Under the pieces are notes generated by a model, which was not told where the DNA came from, searched no databases, and saw nothing but the letters and a program-made list of their open reading frames with translations. Shown piece by piece: positions 36,801 through 49,036 of a DNA stretch of 64,000 nucleotides (positions are counted from its first letter, which is position 1; each line of letters opens with the position of its first letter). A program made the translations under genes and the position numbers. Source of the DNA: Fimicolochytrium jonesii. Lineage: Eukaryota. The DNA lies in NCBI RefSeq assembly GCF_025526975.1, contig NW_026515670.1, forward strand, positions 620,001-684,000. Reading direction: 5' to 3'.

Positions 36801-39800
36801 TCCACAACGGTTTTGCAAAGGTTGACCACTCACAGCCGTTCTCTTTACTTTCTGCACATAGTTTGGGTGAATACGCCGGTCTTGCTTCCGTCGGTGAAGT
36901 TCTGTCCGTCGAGAGCCTCGTCGACGTTGTGTTCTACCGTGGTATGACGATGCAAGTCGCCGTCCAGCGAGATGAGCAGGGCAGATCCGAGTACGGAATG
37001 TGCGCCGTGAACCCGTCCCGTGTCAGCCACACATTCAACCAGCAAGCCTTGAAGTTCATTGTGGACACCATCGCTACGCAATCGAACTCCCTCCTCGAGA
37101 TCGTCAACTACAACGTCGACAATGTTCAGTACGTGGTTGCCGGTGTGCTCGAGAACCTTGACTGCCTTCGCCTCGTCCTCAACAAGCTGAAGGGCATGAA
37201 CCTCAACTTCATCGAGTTGTCCAAATCCAAGTCCGCGGAGGAAATCGAACAATTACTAAGCGGTATCGTCAGCGAAGCAAACGGTGTCGTGGCCAAGCGG
37301 AGAGCTACTAGCAACGGTATCCTTACCCAAGAGCGCGGCGTGGCCACCATTCCCCTTGCCGGCATCGATGTGCCTTTCCACTCGAGCTTCTTGCTCAACG
37401 GTGTCGTTCCTTTCCGTGAAATCTTGCGCAAGAAGTTCGAGCCCCGCTTCATCAACGTCAGCCTCCTTATTGGCAAGTACATTCCCAACTTGACCGCGGA
37501 GCCATTCGCTCTTACCAAGGGCTACTTCGAACGTGTATTCGACTTGATTCACTCCGACCCCTTGAAGGAAGTTCTCTCTAACTGGGACGATGCTGCCAAC
37601 TCTACACCGGCTCAGCAACAGCAACTGGGTTACATCTTGTTGATCGAGTTACTCGCTCACCAGTTCGCAAGCCCTGTACGCTGGATCGAGACACAAGACA
37701 GACTCTTCCGTGACTACAAGGTCGAGCGTCTCATCGAAGTCGGACCCAGCCCTGTCCTCGCTGGCATGGCTGCTCGCACTCTGAAGATCAAGTTCGAAGC
37801 TTACGACGATGCGGTCACCCAACGTCGTGCTCAGTTCAACACTACCAAGGACAGAACCGATATCTACTACGCCTTCAAGGATGAAGTGGAAGCTGAGGAA
37901 GAGCCTACTCCGGCGGCGGCAGCACCCAAGACGCAGCCAGCGGCTGTTGCTACTGCACCGGCGCCGGTTGCTGCTGCTGCCCCCCGGGCGGCTAGTGCTC
38001 CAGTCGCGGATGAGCCCATCACGGCGAAGGAAATCCTGATGGCGCTGATTGCTCAAAAGTTGAAGAAAACTTTGGAAGACATCCCACTCACGAAGAGCAT
38101 CAAGGATCTCGTCGGCGGCAAGTCCACCCTTCAAAACGAAATCCTCGGAGATCTCGCGGCGGAATTTGGCAATGTTCTTGCTGACAAGGCTGAGGAGCTT
38201 CCTTTGACCGAAGTGGCCGGTGCTTTGCAAGACACTCACTCTGGGTCGCTCGGAAAGACTAGCAACGGCTTGATCAACAAGTTGATCAGTTCCAAAATGG
38301 CTGGTGGATTCGGAATGGGTCAAGTCAAGGCATACCTCACTGGTACCCACGGACTCGGTCCCAACCGCGCGCAAGGTGCTCTCCTTCACGGTCTTCTCAT
38401 GGAGCCTGCGGCACGTTTCACATCCGAAGCTGAGGTGAAAGCCTGGTTGGACACGGTGGTCACCGCTTACGCAAAGAAGGTTGGCATCACTCTTGGTGCG
38501 GCCGCCTCTTTGAACGAATCGGCTGGAGGTGCCTCTGTCGTCACAGTCAACAGCGAAGACTTCAACAAGCACAAGCTCGGCATGGACCTTCTCATCAAGC
38601 AGCAACTCGAGACGTACGCCAAGTACCTCGACATCGACCTCTTGGCTGAAGCCCGAGGAGCTGCCGCCTCCAAGAGTGCGTTAAGTGCCTTGCAATCCGA
38701 GGTTGATCTCTGGCTCGCGGAGCATGGCGATTTCTACGCTGAAGGAATCAAGCCTACCTTCGATCGCCTCAAGGCTCGATCCTTCGACTCGTACTGGAAC
38801 TGGGCTCGCCAAGACGCCTGGGAGATTTACTACGACATGGTGTTCGGCAGGATCACCAACGTGGACCGCGAACTCATGAACCAGTGCATTCACTTGATGA
38901 ACCGCGTTGACGATCCCGATTCGCTCATCAGCTACATGGAGTACCAGCTTGAACATGGCACCGTTAACAAGGGACCAAATGCGGAGAAGGCGAAGAAGCT
39001 TGGCCAGATCCTCTTGGACAGCTGCCGACAAGCTGTGAACCAGGATCCCGTTTACAAAAACCGTAAGTCTAGCCGCCATACCTCTTCTAATTGATGATCC
39101 TGTCCGCTCACACTCTTGAACTCTAGTCACCTACCGCCCGACTAAGCCCAAGACCCACATCAACGACGCTGGAGAACTCGTGTACACGGAGGAGAAGCGC
39201 AAAGCTACCAACATGAAGGAATACGTCGAAGAGGTAAAGGAGGGTAGCCACCTGACTCGCATTCCGGACTCCCAAGTCATCGTCAGCAAGTTCGAAGAGC
39301 TGCAAAAGTTCATGGCTGCCAGCAAGGACTTGACCGGCGAAACCAAGACTCAAGTCGATGCCATCTTTGAGCAAATCCGTGAGAACCTCCCGGCCGCAAC
39401 ATACTCCGCCGACCGACTCCCTTTCGTCTTCCTGAAGCGCAGGAACCCTCACGATCCCAGCGAATGGCAACCCAACTCGGAACTAACCAACATCTACCTC
39501 GAGGCCCTGACCCAAGCGGCCAAAGACGGTATCTCTTTCAAGGGCCGCTGTGCGCTCATCACCGGTTGCTCCAAGGACTCGATCGGAGTCGAAGTCTTGA
39601 AGATGTTGCTGTCGGGTGGAGCTCAAGTCATCGTGACCACTTCTCGATTCAGCCGCTCTGCCTCCGAGTTCTACCGCAGCGTGTTCGAGCGCCACGGTGC
39701 CAAAGGCTCGAGACTTGTGCTCGTCCCTTTCAACGGCGCTTCGTTCCAGGACGTTGGTGCCCTTGTCGACTACATCTACGACCCCAAGGGCCTGGGTTGG

Positions 39801-42800
39801 GACCTGGACTTCATCATTCCCTTCGCCGCCATCAGCGTGGAAGGACGCGAGCTTGACTCCATCGACTCGCGATCGGAGCTCGCGCACCGCATCCTGTTGA
39901 CAAACGTTCTTCGTCTGATCGGCAAAGTGAAATCCAAGAAGCAAGCTATGAAGTACGACACACGTCCAGCTGTTGTCGTCCTTCCAATGTCTCCGAACCA
40001 CGGAACCTTCGGCGCTGACGGTCTCTACGGCGAGTCCAAGATTGGTCTTGAGACTCTGTTCAACCGCTTCCACTCCGAGAGCTGGGGAAGCTACCTCAAC
40101 ATTGTCGGAGCTGTTATTGGATGGACCCGCGGAACCGGTTTGATGTCTGGAAACAACATCGTCGCCGAGGGCATCGAGTCTCTCGGCGCTCGCACCTTCT
40201 CTACGCACGAAATGGCCTTCAACATCATCGGACTCCTTCACCAGAACATCGTGAAGCTGTCCATGAACGATCCCATCTGGGCCGATCTCAACGGCGGTCT
40301 TCAGTTCGTGGCCGACCTTAACAAAATCTCTTCCGGTTTGCGCCAGTCCCTTTTGGAGACTTCCGAGATCCGACGTGCTGTTGCCCGGGAGAGAATGTTG
40401 GACGAGCGGACTCAAAAGGGCCCCATCAAGCACCAAGATGTGGTCGTCACCCCCAAGGCCAACATGAAGTTCGATTTCCCTCACCTCGAAAGCCAGAAAT
40501 TGACTCACTTGCGCGGTATGCTTGACTTGGAGAAGGTGGTCGTCGTCACCGGGTTTGGTGAAGTGGGACCTTTCGGAGGTTCGAGGACCCGTTGGGAAAT
40601 GGTATGTGATATTCCCCCTATTTCCCCTGATTGCCGATCGGAACTCTATACTGATGTTTCTCAACTGCCCAGGAATCCACTGGAGAGTTCTCGCTCGAGG
40701 GTTGCATCGAGATGGCCTGGATCATGGGTTTCATCAAGTTCCACAACGGACCTCTGAAGAAGCTCCCAAACTACACTGGATGGATCGATGTCGAGACGCA
40801 GGAACCCGTCAAGGACGCCGATGTCAAGACCAAGTACGAGAGCAAGATATTGCAGCACTCCGGTATCCGTCTCATCGAACCCGAGCTTTTCAACGGCTAC
40901 GACCCTGAGCGCAAGTTGATGTTGCAAGAGGTTGCCATTACCACCGGCATGACTCCTGTGGAGGTCAGCAAGGAGGAGTCGGAGGCATTCAAGCGTCAGC
41001 ACGGAGAAGCCGCCGTCGTCGAGCAGCGCGGCGAACAGTACTTCGTGCACCTCCAGAAAGGCGCTAACATCTACGTTCCCAAAGCTTTACGCTTCGACCG
41101 ACTTGTTGCCGGACAGATTCCCACCGGATGGGACGCCAAGCGGTACGGAGTTCCCGAGGATATTGTCTCGCAAGTCGACCCCATCACACTCTACACTCTC
41201 GTCTCCACCGTCGAAGCGCTCGTCACCTCCGGTGTCACGGACCCCTACGAGTTCTACCAGTACGTGCACGTCAGCGAAGTCGGAAACACCTCCGGTGGTG
41301 GTATGGGAGGCATGCGCGCCATGCAGAAGATGTTCAAGGACCGATTGCTCGACAAGCCCGTTCAGAACGACATCCTGCAAGAGAGCTTCATCAACACCAT
41401 GCCCGCGTGGATCAACATGCTGCTCTTGTCCTCGTCTGGTCCCATCAAGACACCCGTTGGAGCTTGCGCTACCGCGGCGGAGTCCGTCGAAGTCGCCGTG
41501 GACACTATTCTTTCCGGCAAGGCCAAGGTTGTCCTTTGCGGAGGATACGACGACTTCCAAGAAGAGGGCTCCTACGAATTCGCCAACATGAAAGCAACCT
41601 CCAACTCAAGGGAGGAATTTGCCCGGGGACGCGAGCCTCGCGACATGTGCCGCCCTGCAACAGACACCCGAGCTGGTTTCATGGAGTCTCACGGAGCCGG
41701 TATTCACGTCCTCATGAGCGCCGACCTCGCGATCAAAATGGGTGTGCCAATCCGCGGTATCATTGCCTGCACCAGCACCGCTACGGACAAGAACGGCCGT
41801 TCCATCCCTGCTCCTGGGCAAGGTATTTTGACAACCGCTCGTGAAGCCCCTGGCAAGATTCGGTCCCCATTGCTGTCTTTCGAATACCGCGCGAAGCAGC
41901 TTCGCCTGGAAAAAGAACACATCAAGAAGTCCGTTGAGGAGCAGTACAAGAGCCTTGCAGAGGAAGTTGACGAGCTGAAGAAGGCCGGTGAAGATGTTGA
42001 GGACTTTGTTAACGAAAGGACTGCCTTCATCGAGAAGGAAGCTGCCAGGAGAGAAAAGGCGGCTCTCGCCACCTGGAACCACGACTGGTGGAGGAATGAT
42101 TCAGCCATTGCGCCTATTCGCGGTGCTTTGGCCTCGTACGGTTTGACTATTGACGACATCGGTAAGTTTTTGGGGATGTGCATCAACGTGGTGACAAACT
42201 TTCAGATATTAACATCTTCGTCTTTCAGGTGTCGCATCATTCCACGGCACGGGTACCAAAGCGAACGACTACAATGAATCTTCGGCAGTCAACCAGCAAA
42301 TGGACCACTTGGGCAGGACCCGTGGAAACATCTTGCCTACCGTCTTCCAGAAGCATTTGACCGGTCACCCCAAGGGCGCAGCTGCAGCTTGGATGCTCAA
42401 CGGCGTCTTACAAGTGCTCGAGAGCGGAATCGTTCCTGGCAACCGCAACTTGGACAATGTCGAGGACCGCCTCCGCCAGTTCAAGTACCTACTATACCCA
42501 AGCCGCTCCATCAAGACGGACGGTATCCGCGCCGCGCTGCTCAAGAGTTTCGGTTTCGGCCAAGCCGGTGGTGAAGTTCTCGTTGTTCACCCCGACTACC
42601 TCTTCGCCGCGTTGGAGAAGTCCGACTTCGATGCCTACCTCGCTCGCCGACAGAAGCGTCAGATCGACTCGTACCGATACTTCCACGAGATGCTCACCGG
42701 AGCCAAGCCCTTCGTGCGTGTCAAGGACGCCGCTCCTTACACGTCTGAGCAGCAATCCACTGTCTACCTCGACCCGCTCGCCCGTGCTGCTTACGACAAC

Positions 42801-43292
42801 TCTTCCGGCTCTTGGAACTTCAAGGCACGATCCCGCTCTGTCAAGGTTCCTGACCTGACCGTGACCAAAGCTATGTTGGAGGCGTCGGCCAAGAACGGAC
42901 CGTGGGCTGAGACCAAGGGAGTCGGCATCGATGTGCAGCTCAGCGCCGACATCCCGATGGACAATGCCACTTTCATCGAACGCAACTTCACCAGCGGCGA
43001 GTTGGCTTACTGCACCAAAGCTGCCGAACCACAATCAAGCTTCGCCGGACGCTGGGCCGCTAAGGAAGCTGTCATCAAGGCCGTTAGCAGCGCGGCATCG
43101 GAAGCTGTCTGGACCAAAGGCGCAGCGGCACCCTTGAAAGACATCGAGATCGTACGGGCGACGGACAAGGCTCCTGAAGTTGTTTTCCACGGAGAAGCCA
43201 AGGAAATCATCGAAGCTGCCGGCATCCAAGACGTGAAGGTCAGCATCAGTCACAGCGGATCGTATGCTGTTGCTATCGCCTACGCCAAGTAG
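30895..43292 (+). CDS. FAS1-FAS2: Fungal type I fatty acid synthase, beta and alpha chains fused in one gene (AT-ER-DH-MPT-ACP-KR-KS-PPT)
   Basis: FGGQG/GHSQG (AT), GGRGGGHHS (ER), SGDLNPIH...ITHGMW (DH), FTGQGSQ/GHSLGE (MPT), GGKSTLQNE (ACP), YGESK (KR), GACAT/HGT/GHPKG (KS), GVGID...GRWAAKEA...ISHS (PPT). About 10 short GT-AG introns. No stop between MPT and ACP. Confidence 0.97.
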
Positions 43293-43897
43293 ACATTTTA
43301 CATAGACATTTTGTGAGCATCATTCAATCATTAGCAGTATTCGACCTTACAGAATTCCCCATATTTGTAAAGAGCAGTGAGAAAAATCTGTACATATCCT
43401 TTCTTGAATCACATTTTCTTCCAATACTTGAGGCGAACTTTGACGGATGGAAATCGAACAACGTAACGGAGCCCCCTGGAAAGAACTATGCTTTAACTTG
43501 CCAGTTCATCATACGGGGGACCCGAGTTCTTACGGTGGCATCCCATGAACCTTGTATCTATTGTACCGATGGGAATCTGGAAATAAGGGAACCACCTGTG
43601 CAAAACCTTATTATTGTCTCACCTACTGCCATCATGTGGGGGCGCACAAATGAATCTATCGTAATGAATCGTGAAGTGTGGCTCAAGTGGACGAGGTGTG
43701 GGCAGATTGGCAGATTGCGGCACGCGTCCCGGCACTGTGACATTTCCTACCGAGTCCTGACTGATGAAGCATGTCTCGCAATAATAATTCAGCTTGCCGG
43801 TTATTGCGGGCGGGACAGTCCGCCGAGAGAGAAAAGACCGTTCAACTTCCGCCGCTCCCCTCTACTTCTCATAATACGTCGCATTTCAGCTCAAGCC

Positions 43898-44345
43898 ATG
43901 GCATCCCAAATTACTCAATGGTCCGTGGAAGCCGCAGGTGCCCCGGAAATTTCGGGAGAAACTAAAGTGAGTGGTCGCGTGCCCTTCGGTAATGTCGGAG
44001 ATCACCCATCTCCCAGGCGGTTTACTGGATAAGTGAACTCACCGGTGGTGCATACGCTCGTAGCCTAGGCGCAATCTACTTTGGGCAGACAAGCCTCTAC
44101 TCGCTCTCCCGCAAGAGGCCTCCACTTTGGTCGATGCCTTCCAGCGTGGAGTCAAGATAAGCGGTATGGACCGTGGGAATTTGGCTGTCCAAAACTGTTT
44201 TCGCTGACTGTTTGCTTGCCAGGCCCCAGTCCCTATCTCGGTCACCGTGTGGTTACCAACGGAGTGGCTGGACCTTACGTCTGGTAGGAATTCAGTGGTC
44301 TGATATATGGACGGGAAGGCCAGAACCAGGCATGACCCCCTTACG

Positions 44346-44376
<31 letters not shown>

Positions 44377-46808
44377 CCCACAGGCAAACGTACAATGAGG
44401 TCAACAAGAGGGTCAAAAACCTAGGGTAAGGGCATTTTATTCTTGTCGTGCTCTGATCAGCCTCTGACAAAGTTTGCAGTTCTGGCTTCGCCAACCGTGG
44501 ATTGACGGTTGACTCGTCCGTTGGATTGTTCTCCATCAATCGGGCTGAATGGGTGGGTGTATTCATCTGCAACACCTTTCACGATGAGTGCACACGTAGC
44601 ATGTTAACGGCGACTATCTTGGAAGATCATTGCCGAGCAAGCGGCATTCTTGAACTCATGCATTACCGTCCCACTGTACGACACACTCGGGGCTGAGGCG
44701 ATTGAGTTCATCTCCACCCAGACAAAGATTCCATTGGTTGTTGCCACCAAGGACAAGGTTGCAATCCTCCTGAAAATCAAAGAGAAGCTTCCCAGTTTGA
44801 AGCATATCGTTGTTATGGACGGCGCTGATGAAGCGCTAATCAACTCTGGCAAGGAGAAGGATGTTGAGATCATTGGCATCCTGGAACTGGAGCGCGAAGG
44901 AGAGGAGAAGCCTCTCACTGGCACACTTCCCACGAAGGATTCGATCGCCACTATTTGCTATACGTCGGGAACAACCGGGCAGCCGAAAGGTATGGTAACT
45001 AATGGACTTTTGCCATCGCCAAAGGGAACGCGTCACTAACCCTGCCCGCTCGTTTTCAAGGGGCCATCATCACACACGGAAACCTGCTGAGCTTCTGCGG
45101 TGGATGTGAAGCACTGAACGGCACTCCGCACGCAATCGGTTACAACAAGGATGACAGCTACATGTCATACCTCCCGCTTGCTCACGTTTTTGAGCGCATG
45201 GTTTTCGTCTGTCTGACCTACGAGGGAGCTCGCCTTGGATTCTTCCAAGGCGACACTTTGAAGCTTCTGGATGACGTTATGGAGCTCAAGCCCACCATGT
45301 TTGCTTCCGTTCCCCGATTGTACAACCGAATTTACGACAAGGTGTTCAATGGTGTGAAACAGAAGGGTGGCCTTGCTGCAACACTTTTCAACAAAGCTTA
45401 CGCCGCAAAGAAGGCCAACCTGGCCAGCGGAACGGTCAAGCACTTCCTCTGGGACAAAATCGTCTTTGGAAAGGTCCGCGCTCGTCTCGGAGGGAGAGTT
45501 CGATTGATCTTGACCGGCGCAGCCCCTCTCAGTGCCGATGTCATGGACTTCTTGCGGATCTGCTTCTCCGCTACTGTCCTCCAGGGTTATGGCGCCACCG
45601 AAACTTCTGGTAAACACAGGATGCGAGACGATCTAGTACTTTGGTTGTCGGGAGGTTGCTGACTGTCTACAACCAGGCGCGTCCACTTCCACGGACTTGC
45701 TCGATGTCACGTCGGGCCACATCGGAGGCCCGTCACCAATTTGTGAAGTCAAGCTTGTTGACGTCGAGAGCATGGGATACACCGTGAAGGACCAACCCTT
45801 TCCAAGAGGAGAGATTCTTATCCGGGGTAACAACATCTTCAAAGGGTAATATGTTTGAAGGCGCGTCCTCCAACTTAACGAAGATCTCGCAAAGCTCACA
45901 CTACTCTTCATTCAAAAGATACTACCAAAGTCAAGAGAAGACCGGTAAGTCCTCGAAGAGGAGCTTAGCACCGCCTTTAACAGCCCCGACTCACACTTGC
46001 TCCAGACGAGGTTCTGACCTCCGACGGTTGGTATCGGACTGGCGATGTCGGTCAATTTGACCCCAAGGGTCGATTGCAGATCATTGATCGTGCAAAGAAG
46101 TATGTCCAGTGCTGCCGTTTGCTCTGGAACACGTATCATCAGCTGACTCCCAAACTTATAATCGTAGCATCTTCAAACTTGCGCAAGGAGAATACATTGC
46201 TCCCGAGAAGTCAGTAGACCGTTCTTTGAGCATCCTTCGTACCCGTACTTACCATATCTACCTGCAGGATCGAGATGGTATACCTGAAGCACGAAGCTGT
46301 TGCCCAAGCATTCGTCTACGGCGACAGTCTGCAGGCTGTCGTGGTCGCCGTCATCGGTAAGTCACAAACGCGCCTGGCTTGCTTGCGCCTCATCACGAGC
46401 GAGCTTTATCTCACTCCGCTCCGAACAGTCCCTGATGAAGATACCTTGAAGCACTGGGTAGAAGCGAAGGGTCTTCCCGTCAAACCGTTCGCAGAGCTTT
46501 GCCAAGACGACGACGTCCGCAAGGCTCTGTTGGAGGATCTCACGAAGTACGGTCGTGCTGAAGGGTTGAAGGGGTTCGAGCTCGTCAAGGATATTTACCT
46601 TGAGACTACTCCATTCTCGCCTGAGAACGGCTTGCACACTCCGACGTTCAAGCTGAAGCGTCATGAGGCTCAGGTATGATGGATCTGACGTTGGGCTCGG
46701 TTCGTGAGGTGGACTGAGCGGTACTGATGAGCATTCTCCTTCTCATTTCAGGCAAAGTATAGGAGCCAGATTGACGCCATGTACGCCAAACTCTCCGCCA
46801 CTGCCTAG
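43898..46808 (+). CDS. Long-chain fatty acyl-CoA synthetase (ACSL/Faa2-like), multi-exon
   Basis: VPLYDTLG, CYTSGTTGQPKG, SYLPLAHVFER, QGYGATE, GWYRTGD, IIDR, FKLAQGEYIAPEK, TPTFKLKR; ends AMYAKLSATA*. Confidence 0.93.
44346..44373. repeat. Poly-C tract (28 nt) inside an intron of the acyl-CoA synthetase gene
   Basis: Homopolymer just before the CAG acceptor at ~44383. Confidence 0.9.
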
Positions 46809-47383
46809 TTCGTCCTTTTCCGACAGCCTAGTTTCCCGAATTTTCATTTCCTTCGAAACGTCCCAGCGGACATGATGACATGTCTGAATCTCTTAGATTT
46901 AGAACTTTCCATTGATTTCTTCTCATTTCTCTTTCAAAATGTGTTTCACACCTTTAATGAACTTCATGCACCCTTCGAAATCGATTGCAGCAAACATGAG
47001 GATCCATTCTTTGATTGCTTAAGTTTCGGCCGATTGGGACAAAATGGGGATGAAGATAGAACGAGGGGCGGCGAGGTGAACCCGACATACAAAAAAGATG
47101 GGGAGGGGGTGAAGTATTTACAGAGATACAAAGTGGTTTGGGGCTGTGCAGTGGGAACAGAGACACAGTAAGCGCGTCCTTGGCTTATGCAAGGGTTACG
47201 GGTGGAGAATAGTGAAATGGTATCAGCCCGACAAAAAAAGGACAAAAAGAGAGGCAAAAAAACCAAACAACAGTAGGGATAGATGGACGGCGAATTGCCA
47301 TCCATACTAGACTCGTAAGCCCTCAGCGCGGATCCAGGAGGATATGGCAGCAGCAGAAATAGCAGCAACAGTAAGCATCAGTG

Positions 47384-49036
47384 TCATTGCTCATCGGACA
47401 TTTGGTCCGGCGACCCGTTCTGTTCCCTCGTATGCACGCGTTCCACTAACAGCCTCCTCATCGGGGTCGAATCCACCCGTCCACAATCAGGTATCGAGTG
47501 CGGGTGATGCGGGTGCAACACTGATCGCTCGTGTCGTGGGATGAGGAGCGACGGCAGCCTCCGCTCGTCCATTGACATCGTTCGACGGGGCTCAGAGGGT
47601 ACGATGGAGACTGACTGGCGGCTGTGAGGTGGACATGGTGCGTTGGGGGGTGAGTAGGGTGGGGAGCTGTAGGTTGAGGTTGGTGTTATTTGTGAGCGGG
47701 TGGGAGACTTGTGGATAGAGTGCGAGCGGTCGAAGGAGTAAGGAGGGGAGATGGTGTGATGTCGGTGGTAGGTGGGGCGATCGTAGGGTTTGAAGATGCG
47801 GTGGTGGGAGGGCGATGTCGTGCTGCCTCTGGAATGCCTGTGAAAGGAGCCTTGCGCTAGCAAGGTATGTCCATCATGATGGACGGCAGCACCATACATA
47901 TGCCACGAGTGATGCTGACTGCTCTCATCCGTCCGCGAGCCATTTCGTGGATCGAAATGGGAGGTATATGCTGAGAAGGGATCGGGAGCGTACCGAGGCT
48001 CCATACACGCAGGTGGAGATGCGAAATCTGCTGTCGATGCGGAGTGAATGGTTTCACTGCCCATATACTCGTTTCGTGTTTGTGAATCGTGATTACCCCC
48101 GCCTGCACTTCTCTCTACTCCCACCCATGTGTTAACCGACGGTGCCGAAACGGAAGAAGTCTCCGCTACGCCGTTGCCCCGCGAATCCGAGACCTCTACA
48201 TCCGCCGTGGAATTTTGTTCCACAGGCGATGCGTTGTGCTGATGTGATTTGTGCGGCGATGGTGGGGTTAGCGACGGCGATGGCTCGAGTTTGGACGACT
48301 TGCTTGCTTGCAGGAGTCTGTCGCCTGCATACTGCAATTCCTCCAGGGATATGTTTAAGTTGAAGTCGTTTGCTAGCAAGAAATCGATCTCCAACTCGTT
48401 CAATTCGTGAACCGGTAACCCGCCGACTCCTGATAGATGGAGATATGTATGTAAGCAAACAGTACTTTGATCAACATCATTTCCAATTGGCCACATTCCG
48501 CATCGGGAACCCCGATACTTACGTGAATAGTGAAGATTGGTAAAGAAAACATCGCTGAGAAACTTGACCGCTACCATCACACCGGTGATAAGCAGCCGAT
48601 GAACGTTGTATGAATCCACAACGATATCTTTCAGTAGCGAGACGTTTTTGCTCGTGGGAGTGGCGGGGACAGCTGGTGAGTTCGGGGATAGTGGCGATAC
48701 TGGTGAAGGCGGGGAAAGCTGTTGCGTCCATTCTCTTCGCTTCGCCTCAGGCGACGTCGGCCGGAAGCCGCTAGTGAGGTATCGCTGTGAAGGTTCCGTC
48801 ATTCGCTCAAAGTAAATGAGCGCGGCCAAAAAGCACTCGTTCCCACACGGCGCATATTTTAGAATGCGTGCGGCATAGGCCGCGACGTCGATCGACGGTT
48901 TGCTCCGAGCATGAAATCTCGTAAGACGCTGTTTTCCGGGTATCTTGTCGTTGGCGGTCGTGACCTGAGCCAAGTGGTTGGCTACCAAGGTGACCGTCTC
49001 CTGGACGGGCAGCTTCAGAAGATCGAACGAGGCCAT
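47384..49036 (-). CDS. Pho80/Pcl-family cyclin with disordered C-terminus
   Basis: TRFHARSKPSIDV, YAARILKY, NVHRLLITGVMVAVKFLSDVFFTN, VGGLPVHELNELEIDFL. 93-nt in-frame intron at 48430-48522. Confidence 0.9.
   Translation of the reverse strand: MASFDLLKLPVQETVTLVANHLAQVTTANDKIPGKQRLTRFHARSKPSIDVAAYAARILKYAPCGNECFLAALIYFERMTEPSQRYLTSGFRPTSPEAKRREWTQQLSPPSPVSPLSPNSPAVPATPTSKNVSLLKDIVVDSYNVHRLLITGVMVAVKFLSDVFFTNLHYSRKYRGSRCGMWPIGNDVDQSTVCLHTYLHLSGVGGLPVHELNELEIDFLLANDFNLNISLEELQYAGDRLLQASKSSKLEPSPSLTPPSPHKSHQHNASPVEQNSTADVEVSDSRGNGVAETSSVSAPSVNTWVGVERSAGGGNHDSQTRNEYMGSETIHSASTADFASPPACMEPRYAPDPFSAYTSHFDPRNGSRTDESSQHHSWHMYGAAVHHDGHTLLAQGSFHRHSRGSTTSPSHHRIFKPYDRPTYHRHHTISPPYSFDRSHSIHKSPTRSQITPTSTYSSPPYSPPNAPCPPHSRQSVSIVPSEPRRTMSMDERRLPSLLIPRHERSVLHPHHPHSIPDCGRVDSTPMRRLLVERVHTREQNGSPDQMSDEQ

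Noticed and set aside
32761..43253. Long minus-strand ORFs across FAS (e.g. 35036-36451, 37649-38605, 39483-40664)
   Set aside because: Antisense shadows caused by strong codon bias in a highly expressed gene.
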